Assembly: GCA_043747615.1 (NCBI GenBank)
Contig: JAYTOU010000091.1
Location: 83,925-147,924, forward strand
Reading direction: 5' to 3'
Origin: Myxococcales bacterium
GTDB taxonomy: Bacteria; Myxococcota_A; Polyangia; Polyangiales; Polyangiaceae
DNA: 64,000 nucleotides
Of the stretch, positions 19,401 through 29,000 are shown piece after piece. Position 1 is the stretch's first letter; each line of letters begins with the position of its first letter. The position numbers and the translations under genes were made by a program. The notes beneath the pieces were generated by a model. That model saw nothing but the letters and a program-made list of their open reading frames with translations, had not been told where the DNA came from and made no database searches.

Positions 19401-20876
19401 TTATTTCCCGGAGCCGCCGGCGGCGCCGCCAGCGAAGGGAAGGATCGTCTTCAGATCGTCGTCCGTGAACCGCAGCTGGAGGCCGAGGAAGTAGTCGCGC
19501 CGGTTGCCGTTGAAGAGGTGATCGACGCCGCCGAGCAGCCAAAGGCGGTGAATGAATTCGTAGCCGATGTACACGCGGTAGCGCGGCTGAATTTCTTCTC
19601 CGAAGCCGAAGAGATCTTGCCTGAGCTCGAAGCGATCCTTCAGCAAGTGAAGGTCCAGACCGAGCCCGCCCGTCGACTCCAAAATTCCGAAGCGCCCGGT
19701 GACGGGGCCGAGCCGCTTGGCGAACATGAGTGAGAAGCGAAAAGCGTCGGTGGTGGTCGTGGTGATCGTGCGAGAGTGCGCCGGCTGATTCGGGTTGTTG
19801 GTGTCGACGTCCGTCTGGGTGAAGTTCGTCTTTCCGCGCGGGTCGTTGATGAGCTCGATCATGTAGTACTTGTCTTCGCGCGGCTGGAGCCGGAGCGAGA
19901 CGTAGCTCTTGATGGTGTTGGCGAGAAAATTGTAGTCGCTGCGCAGGCCGACGATCGTCTGGAGGCGCTGGATGCCGCCGACGTAGTCGTTCACGCCTTC
20001 GGCCACGCCCTGCACTTCGTTGATGAGCGTTTCGTCCTTGGAAAGACGGCCGATCGTGCCCTCGCCGCGATCCGCTCGCCCGGCGACGTTGTCGATGTGA
20101 GAGAGCGCGCTCTCGAGATTTTTCGAGGCGCGATTCAAGTTGGAGATGGTTTCGCGAACGTCGCCGCCACCGCCATTTTTTTCGTTCGCCGAGACGAGCA
20201 CCCGGACGTCCTCCGTGATGACCCGCACGTTCTCGAGGATCTTCGCGACCTGCGGTTCGCCGTTCTTCGAGATCGAATCGACGTTCTTCAGAGTGTCGTG
20301 GATGTACTCGCGGTTCTCGCGGATAGTGTGGTTCATGGCATCGGTAGCCTGTGCCAGGTTCTCGAGAATCGACGCGAGGTTCTGCCCGCCCGCGTCGGTG
20401 CCGAGCGAGTTCGCGAGCTGCTGGGCGACCGCCTTCACCAGCACCGAGATCTCGGCGACGTTCTTCTTTATCTCGTCGATCGAAGGATCGGGCGGCATGG
20501 TGTCGATCTGATCGCCGTCCTTGAGCTTAGGCTCATGCGTACCGGGCGTGAGGACCACCACCGACTCACCGAGGAGAGACGCGCTCTTTTTCCCGGCGGT
20601 ACCGTCGCGAAAGAGGGTGACGTCTTTGTTCACCTTGATGTCGATCCGCGCCTTGCCGCCCTCGAGGGTGATGTTGTCGATGGCCCCGATGGCAATTCCA
20701 GCGATGGTGACCCGGGTGTGATTAGCGAGACCCGTCGCATCCTCGAAGTACGCGTGAACGACGTAGCCGCCGCCGCTCCCGACCTCTTTGCTCACCGTGC
20801 GGTAGACAAAGTACGTGGCTGCGCCGGCTACGAGGACGAATGCCCCGACCTTTGCCGCCTGCGTAACCTTTGCCAT
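19401..20876 (-). CDS. mlaD: MCE/MlaD family protein with long helical region
   Basis: KVGAFV TM anchor, FEDATGL...V.IAGI.IG, SLLGE, LTPG. Confidence 0.85.
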   Translation of the reverse strand: MAKVTQAAKVGAFVLVAGAATYFVYRTVSKEVGSGGGYVVHAYFEDATGLANHTRVTIAGIAIGAIDNITLEGGKARIDIKVNKDVTLFRDGTAGKKSASLLGESVVVLTPGTHEPKLKDGDQIDTMPPDPSIDEIKKNVAEISVLVKAVAQQLANSLGTDAGGQNLASILENLAQATDAMNHTIRENREYIHDTLKNVDSISKNGEPQVAKILENVRVITEDVRVLVSANEKNGGGGDVRETISNLNRASKNLESALSHIDNVAGRADRGEGTIGRLSKDETLINEVQGVAEGVNDYVGGIQRLQTIVGLRSDYNFLANTIKSYVSLRLQPREDKYYMIELINDPRGKTNFTQTDVDTNNPNQPAHSRTITTTTTDAFRFSLMFAKRLGPVTGRFGILESTGGLGLDLHLLKDRFELRQDLFGFGEEIQPRYRVYIGYEFIHRLWLLGGVDHLFNGNRRDYFLGLQLRFTDDDLKTILPFAGGAAGGSGK

Positions 20877-21052
20877 CCCGGCGCGACATTACCGCGATCC
20901 GCCCCTGCTGGGGAGGGGCTTAGGGGGCGTGGCGACCGCCGGCGCATCTTTCCGGGGTCCCTTAAATTCGTCGGGCACCCGGCCGTATCGCTGTACATGG
21001 TCCTTGAGCGCCCCGTGCCTTCGCAACGTCCCGTGTGGCCGAGCCCAACGGG

Positions 21053-23005
21053 ATGACCTCGATGGTTGACCCCGAGGTTGCGCGCCTCCGCGCCGAAAAC
21101 CGCCAGCTCCGTTCGGACCTGGACGAGCGGGGCCTCGCGCTCGAGTCGCAGCTCCGCGCGTTGTTCGACTTCATGCCGCAGCTCGGATGGACCGCGCAGC
21201 CGGATGGCTCTATCGATTTCTACAACCGCGGTTGGTACGAGTACACGGGCACGACGTTCGAAGAGATGAAGGGCTGGGCGTGGAAGTCGGTGCACCACGC
21301 AGAGATGCTTCCGCGCGTTATCGAACGGTGGGAGAGCTGCCTGCGGGCGGGGACGCCGTTCGAAATGGAGTTTCCGCTCCGTCGCCGCGACGGCGCGTTT
21401 CGCTGGTTTTTGACGCGCGTAAACCCTGTTCGCGATGCGGACGGCGTCATTCGGCGCTGGGTCGGCATCAACACCGATATCGACGATCAGAGGAACCATG
21501 TCGAGCAGGAGGTCGGCCGCTTCTTTGCGATGTCGCTCGATCTCCTCTGCATCGTCGGGCTCGATGGGTTCTTCAAGCGACTGAATCCCTTGTGGTCGGC
21601 GATCCTCGGTTGGACGGATGAAGAGCTGGTGTCGAAGCCCTGGCTGGACTTCGTGCATCCCGACGACCGCGGGGCGACCGCGGGGGCAGGCTCGCAGCTC
21701 AACGAAGGCGCCTCCGTCATTTCATTCACCAACCGCTACGTGTGCAAGGACGGCAGCTATCGCTGGCTCGAGTGGCGGGCACGACCGGACGGCGAGCGCG
21801 GCATGTTCTACGCCGCCGCGCGCGACATTACCCCGAGAAGAGAGGCGGAGGACGCTCGGGACAAGCTTCGCGAGCAGCTCATCGTCTCCGATCGCATGGC
21901 GTCCGCGGGAACTTTGGCCGCAGGAGTCGCCCACGAGATCAACAATCCGCTCGGCTACATGACGGTCAACCTCGACATGGTGCTCGAGGAGATCCGCGCG
22001 CTCGCCGGTGGCTCTTCTTCTGGTCGGATGAGAGAGCTTGAGGGCATGATCCTCGACGCTCGTGATGGAGCGGAGCGCGTCCGCAAAATCGTTCGAGGCA
22101 TGAAGACGTTTTCTCGTGTCGACGAAGAGAGTCGCGCGGTCCTGGATGTGAAGCCGGTGATCGAGCTGTCGATCAACATGGCCTTCAACGAGATTCGCCA
22201 CCGCGCACGACTCGTGGAGGACTTCGGCGAAATCCCACTCGTTTACGCCGACGACGCTCGGCTGGCCCAAGTCTTCATCAACCTTCTCGTCAATGCTGCC
22301 CAAGCCATTCCCGAGGGCAACGTTGACTCAAACGAGATACGGATTCGGACCTCGACGGATCCGGAGGGCCGCGCCGTCGTGGAGGTCGTCGACACGGGCC
22401 CAGGGATCCCCGACGCAGTGCTCGGTCGCATGTTCGACGCGTTCTTCACGACCAAGGCCGTCGGCGCCGGAACCGGACTTGGGCTCTCCATCTGCCACAA
22501 CATCGTCACCGGCCTCGGAGGGGACATCTCGGTGACTTCCGAGTTGGGCCGGGGAACGGCATTCCGCGTCGTGTTACCCGCTGCCGCCGTTCAGCAGCTT
22601 CCCGGTGCCCGTGCGCTGGTAACGCCAACGGCGCCCATGACACGCCGTGGCGCAGTTTTGGTCCTCGACGACGAACCGCCCATCCGCGTGGCGCTCGCGC
22701 GGGTGCTTGGAGATCACGAAGTCACGACCGTCGCGACGGCGATGGAAGCGCTCGCCCTGATTCGATCAGGGAAACACTTCGACATCATCTTGTCCGATCT
22801 GATGATGCCGCAAATGACGGGCATGGATTTCTACGACGAGCTCGCGCAGAGCTCCCCCGAGGACGCGGCGAAGATCGTGTTCATCAGCGGCGGCGCGTTT
22901 ACGCCTCGGGCACGTGAGTTCCTCGAGCGGGTCGCGAACGAGCGCATCGAAAAGCCCTTCGACGTGAAGACCGTGAGAGAATTGGTCCGCAACTTCCTGA
23001 AGTAA
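21053..23005 (+). CDS. Cytoplasmic hybrid sensor kinase PAS-PAS-HisKA-HATPase-REC
   Basis: Two PAS/PAC repeats, AHEINNPL, NLLVNA, DTGPG, FFTTK, GTGLGL, C-terminal DLMMP..KP; no TM. Confidence 0.95.
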   Translation: MTSMVDPEVARLRAENRQLRSDLDERGLALESQLRALFDFMPQLGWTAQPDGSIDFYNRGWYEYTGTTFEEMKGWAWKSVHHAEMLPRVIERWESCLRAGTPFEMEFPLRRRDGAFRWFLTRVNPVRDADGVIRRWVGINTDIDDQRNHVEQEVGRFFAMSLDLLCIVGLDGFFKRLNPLWSAILGWTDEELVSKPWLDFVHPDDRGATAGAGSQLNEGASVISFTNRYVCKDGSYRWLEWRARPDGERGMFYAAARDITPRREAEDARDKLREQLIVSDRMASAGTLAAGVAHEINNPLGYMTVNLDMVLEEIRALAGGSSSGRMRELEGMILDARDGAERVRKIVRGMKTFSRVDEESRAVLDVKPVIELSINMAFNEIRHRARLVEDFGEIPLVYADDARLAQVFINLLVNAAQAIPEGNVDSNEIRIRTSTDPEGRAVVEVVDTGPGIPDAVLGRMFDAFFTTKAVGAGTGLGLSICHNIVTGLGGDISVTSELGRGTAFRVVLPAAAVQQLPGARALVTPTAPMTRRGAVLVLDDEPPIRVALARVLGDHEVTTVATAMEALALIRSGKHFDIILSDLMMPQMTGMDFYDELAQSSPEDAAKIVFISGGAFTPRAREFLERVANERIEKPFDVKTVRELVRNFLK

Positions 23006-23008
23006 GCG

Positions 23009-26000
23009 TTAACCGGCGCGCGCTGCCTTGGCAACGGCACCAAGCACGATGCGCAGCTCGCGCCGCGCGGAGCCCGTACCGAGCTGCACGAAGGGCGACG
23101 CGACCGCAACGCCGTCCAGGGTGACCGACGAGACTCCATGGCCTGCGCCGCTCGTGTTGTCGACGACCACGTGGCATTCCTGCGCGCCGATCTTGACCGT
23201 CGCCTCGAAGCCCGGCCAGGTCGAAGGGATAGAAGGAGCGACACGAAGTCCGCCGTTTTCTTTGCGGAGACCAAGGATAGCTTCGACACCGAGTCGCCAC
23301 ATCCAGGCCGCAGCTCCCGTGTACCACGTCCAGCCGCCGCGCCCGATGAGCGGCGCTTTGCCTCCGTAGACGTCGCCCGCCAAGGCGTACGGCTCGACGC
23401 GGTAGTGATCGGCGTCTTTGGCCGAGGTCGAGTGCAAGAGCGGGTTGAGCATGCGAAAGACGCGCTCGGCGCGGAAGCCATCGCCTGCGTGGGCGTGGGC
23501 GAAGCCGAGCCACGTCGCGGCGTGCGTGTACTGACCTCCGTTTTCGCGGACGCCAGGCGGGTACGCTTTGATGTAACCGGGATTGTGCCGGCCCCCCTCG
23601 AAGGGCGGATCAAGCACGAGGACGAGGCGCTCCTTCTCTTTCACGAGCATGTCGTCTGCAGAGCGAAGCGCCTGCGTCGCGCGGGCAGGATCCGATGCGG
23701 CGGACAGGACGGCCCACGACTGGGGAATGGAGTCGATGCGGCAGGTTCGAGCGCTGGAGGTGCCGAGCACCGTCCCATCATCATAGAACGCCCGCTGGTA
23801 CCAGGCGCCGTCCCACGCTTCTTTGTCGATGCGCGCTCCAAGTGAGCCCGCGCTCGCGCGCCACCGCGCCGCCTCCGCCCCCTCGCCGCGCCGATCACAG
23901 AGCTTCGCGAAATCCGTCATCGTGGCAGCCAAGAAGAAGCCGAGCCACACGCTCTCGCCTCGACCGAGCTTGCCCACAAGGTTCATCCCGTCATTCCAGT
24001 CGCCCTCTCCCATGAGCGGCAGTCCGTGGGGGCCCTCGGTCAGTGCGCGCGTCAACGCGCGGCGGCAGTGATCCATGAGCGGTGAGGCGAGCGGACTCAC
24101 CGGGAACTGCGCGTACCGGTCGTGCTCGTCGGCTTGCAGCAGCGGCGCCTTCAGAAACGTCACCGGCTGATCGAGGATCGACGTATCTCCGGTGGCTTCG
24201 ACGTAGTGCGCCGTCACGAACGGCAGCCACGCCAAGTCGTCCGAGCAGCGCGTGCGTACGCCGCGGTCCGCCGGTGGGTGCCACCAGTGCAGGACGTCAC
24301 CCTCTTCGAACTGGTGCGCCGCCGCGGAGAGGATTTGTGCGCGAGCGAGCTCGGGCGCGCCGTGAACCAGCGCCATCACGTCCTGCAGTTGATCGCGGTA
24401 CCCGAAGGCGCCGCTCGACTGATAGAACGCAGTGCGTCCGAGAAGGCGGGACGACAGGCACTGGTAAACAAGCCAACGATTGAGCAAGACATCCATCGCC
24501 GGCTCTGGCGTCTTGACCTGCACGGCGCCGAGCACCGTGTCCCAGTGTTCGCCAAGCGCACGCCACGCCGCTTCCACTGCAGCGGCAGGCCGGAAGCGAC
24601 CGGCGAGCTCGACTGCGTGGGCCACGTCCCGGCCCTGACCGAGAACGAAGTGGGTGTCCTTCGACTCGCCGGGCGCAAGATCGAAGTGCGTCTGGAGAAC
24701 TGCGCACGGATCGGTCCCGCTCTCGGTCGACCCCGATAGACCCCAGCGCGCAAGTGCGTCGGGTTGGGCAAGGCTACCGCTGCGACCAAGGAACTCCGTG
24801 CGATCGAAGGTGAAGCCGTGCGGTGCGCGGTCTGCGGAGAGGAACGCCACGCGCTCTGCGAAGTCGGCGTTCCATCCGCACCTTGCCAGCAAGCACTGCG
24901 CGGAGGCATCGAGCTCGCAGGCGATGTGAGGTTGCTGCTCTTCGCGCAGCGCGCCAAGGACCCACTCGGCGTAGTAGGTCGCGGTCAACCTCCGTGGTCG
25001 CGCCAAGCGGTTGGTCAGCGTGAGCCGCACGATCTTCACTGGGGCGTCGGTTGGGACGAAGACCGTGAGTCGCTGGTGGAGACCGTGGCTCTCACGCTCG
25101 TAGATCGTGTAGCCGGCACCGTGGCGCACGATCGTATCGACGTCGAGACCAGCGGGGAGCGGGGTCGGCGACCAGACTTGCGCCGTCTCTTCGTCGCGCA
25201 CGTAGATGGCCTCCGACGGAGCATCGGTCACCGGATCGTTCCTCCACGGCGTCAGGCGGTTTTCGCCGCTGTTCCCTGCCCAGCTTGCGCCCATCGACGA
25301 CTCGCTTACCAGGCACCCCGCTTCGGCGTTCGCGAGCACGTTGCACCAGGGGGCGGGCGTCGGCTTCCCGGCTCGTGCCTTGATCACGTACTCACGGCCG
25401 TCCTCGGTGAAGCCGCCGTACGGATTCTCGAAGACGAGCTTCGGCACGGCGAGGGCAACGGGCGGCTCGCCATCCGGGGGGCGCGTCGCTGCGAACGCAG
25501 GAAGCATGGGCACCGGTGGCGCGGCAACGGAGAGCAGCTCTGCGAGCGAGCCCTTCTCGCCGTCGAGCAGCACGCGCGCGGCTTGAGGGATGCGCAGCCG
25601 GTCGTCTGCAGAAAGCTGATCGATCGGGAGAATGAAAATTCCTGCTCGCTGGTTCAGCCACACGTCGGCGCCGGCGTTGATGAGTGTGCTCCTCACACTG
25701 CCAAACTCCTCGGATTGGTATCCGGTCAGCGCCTCGTCGAGGAAAACGATCTCCACCTTCGTTCCGCACGTGCGTAAGAAGCGGTACACAGCGAGGATCT
25801 CGAGAACGAGATCCGGCGGCGCACGGCTCGGCACGCGCACGGCCAAGAGCGGATAGTCACCCGAGATGCCGTGGCCCCACAGGCTGCTCTTCGACGGATG
25901 CACCGCAGAGAACGCAGGACGCGGGGCCGACAGCCCGACGCTGGGAAGCAGGAGTCTGGACACGAGCTGCATGGCCGGCTGAAAGAGCGCGGGCGACATC

Positions 26001-29000
26001 CCTTCGCGATCGAGCCGACGCGCAAGATCACGCCGTGCATCGTGCACCGCCCACCGCACGGCGTGGAGTGACCCGAAGCGACGCGCGAGATCGAGGACGG
26101 CGTCGCGCGACTTGGCGACGGCGGTCACCAAGGCGATCTCGACGCGGGCGTGGGGCGCTAGCTCGACCCGTACGGCGAGAACGAGCGCCGGGTCGAGTGG
26201 CGAGCGAACGGGTTCGACCGCGGCCGTGGTCACGTGGCACTCCGGCGTCCGCGCATCGTGACGCCGACCGACGAACGACCTTCGATCCGTCTCCGAGCCG
26301 ACCCACGTCACGGCAGGGTTGTCCCAGACCAAGCTCTGAACCATGATCGCCACGGGGTCTTCCGGGCTGCGCGTGCGGCGTGACGCGAGCAGACCGTGCT
26401 GCGCGGGGAGCGTCTCGCACTCGACAAAGAGCCTGGAGAACGCGGGTTGACGGACGGACGCCGCCGCAGACTCGAGGACAGGCTCGGCGTACGTCATCAG
26501 GGTGAGCGTTCGATGCTCGTCGGTCTCGTTGTGCAGGGTGACTTGCCTGACCTCGACGTCGTCATTCGCGCCAACGGCGATTTCGGTTCGGAGCGAGATC
26601 CCCTCGTCGCGATGATGAAACTCGACCGCGTGGGCCTGAAACACCACTTCGTCACTCGGGACACGAGCGCGGGTTGGCGCGGGCGCGGCCGACCAGAGGT
26701 GTCCACGCTCTTCATCGCGAACGTAGATCCACGTCCCGTCCTGGTCGCACGTCGCGTCGAAGCCGCCGCGCGTGATCGCCAGACCGTTCCAGGAAGTGAA
26801 ACCTGCGCCGGCGTCGGTGACCACGGTCGTGAGTCGCCCATTCCCGAGAAGCGCAACTTGCGCTGCAGCGCGATCCGGGACCCAGCCTGGCACCGCGGGC
26901 GCATCCGCGACGAGCAGGGTGGTCGACTCCCTCGCCTTGGGCGCGACGTCTTCGGCCACGCGGAGCGGCGGCAGGCGCTCGCTGAGCAGGGGCTCGCCGA
27001 GCTTCACGAGCACGTTGGAGTGAAAGCGCTCGACGAGGACGTTGTCGTTGAGCGCATTGTTTAGAGCCGCCAGGATCATCCCTTGGTGGTGCGCCATGTG
27101 CGAGCGAACCACCGCGTAGCCTTGCGCTGTCTCGCCCGTCGTCCGCGAAACCTCGTTCGCTCGCTCCTTGTCGAAGTCTACCGCCTCGAAGAGCCCATAC
27201 AATCCCCGCGCGCCGAGGCACTCCAGCGCCTCGAGGTTGTCGAGAACCTCGCGCGGTCGCATCGGCAATGCGAGCACGCAAGCGTACGGAGCGATGACTT
27301 GATCTTCTTCCAAACCTCGCCGGAGGCCGAGGCCCGGAACGCCGAAGGAGCGGTACTGATAGTTGCGCTGTGCATCGAGGTGCGCGTAGCCCGACTCTGA
27401 GACGCCCCAGGGAGTGCCTGCGTTTTTGCCGTGCTCGATCTGCGCAGCCACCGCGAGCTCGGTGCTCTGCGAAAGCAGCGTTCGCTCCTGGCTGCGCATG
27501 AAGAGCGTCGGCATGAGGTACTCGAACATCGTTCCGCCCCACGACACGAGCGCTGCCTCGCCTTGAATGCGCGTTACGGGGCGTCCAAGCGTGAACCAGT
27601 GCTCGGGCGGCACTTCGCTCTGCACGACGGCCAGAAAGCTCGCTATGCGCGCTTCGGAGGCCAGAAGATCGTAGTAGTTCGCGTCCAGCCGATCGGATGT
27701 GGCGTTGTAGCCGATGTGGAAAAGCTTCCGCGCAACATCGAAGAGGAACCTGAAATCGAAGCCTCCCCGCGCGTCGTCTGCGCGATCGGCCAGGGCAAGA
27801 AGCCCGTCACGAAGGGCGCCTTCGTCTCCAACCGCATCGATGTCACCGAGCAAGCTTCGGATCTGATGGCGGAAGCGTGCGAGCCAGGTCTGGAGCTCGC
27901 GGAACGTGGCCATGTCAGGATCGGCCGTCGTCTGATCGAGGACGTCGAGAAGCGCCTTTTCGAGCGCAGGTACTTCCGACGTGGAGAGCGTTTTCGCCGC
28001 GCTGTCGCTCTCGGTCGGCTTCAGATATCCACGGCCGAGCGTGAGCCGGATGTCCGCGATCGCTTTCGACGCTGGTGCGTGGGCAATGGCAAGTCGCTTG
28101 AAGCTCTCCTCGAGTAGGTCGAGCGTATCGCCGAGGCCCTGAAACCGAACCGGTCTCACTTTTGGCGCGTGCGCGGCATCGCGGCACCCCTTCGCAAGCG
28201 TGATCAACGCGGCCGCAAGGTTACCGCTGTCGACCGTAGACACGTAGCGCGGGAGCAGCGGCTCGAGGGTGCGCGTGTTGTACCAATTGAGCCAGTGACC
28301 ACGGTAGCGCTCGAGTCGCGCGAGCGTTTCCATCGACTGATGAACGAGGGCGGAAAGCTCTGCGCGCCCGATGTACCCGAGATCCCAGGCGCAGAGGTCG
28401 GCCACGAGCATGAGACCGATGTTTGTCGGCGACGTGCGGTGCGCGATGATCCCTCCGGGCTCCACCTGGAAGTTGTCCGGCGCGAGCCACTGATCCCCTG
28501 GGCCGACGAACGTTTCAAAGAAGAGCCACGTGCGGCGAGCGAGATGGCGCAGCGTGACGCGGCCCGCGGCTGAGAGCTCTTTCTTGTGAACATCCGGAGC
28601 GCTGACCCAGCGGGCGATCTCCGGCGAGACGAGCCACAGAACGAGGACGGGAGCGGCGAACGGCAGCGCATCGGGATGCCAGGCGCCGAGGAGCGCGCCC
28701 AGGCACGACGTGAAGATAACGACCGGCCCCATGTCCCGCCAGAACAGCCCTCGTGATCCAGCGGCAAACGCGCGCTCGGTGGCGTCGGCGGTCACCCACT
28801 GAAGCAAGTTCTTCTTCGTGATCGCCATACGCACGACCGCGCGCACGATGGCGTCGGTCGCGATCCACGCTTCGTGCGGGAGAAACGCGACGCTGAGCGC
28901 GGACCGCTCGAAAGTCTGTCGGAAGTTGCCATCAAGAAACGCAGGCGCACATAGCAGCAGTGGGACGAGCAGCGGCGCGAGGACCAACGCCGAGACTGGG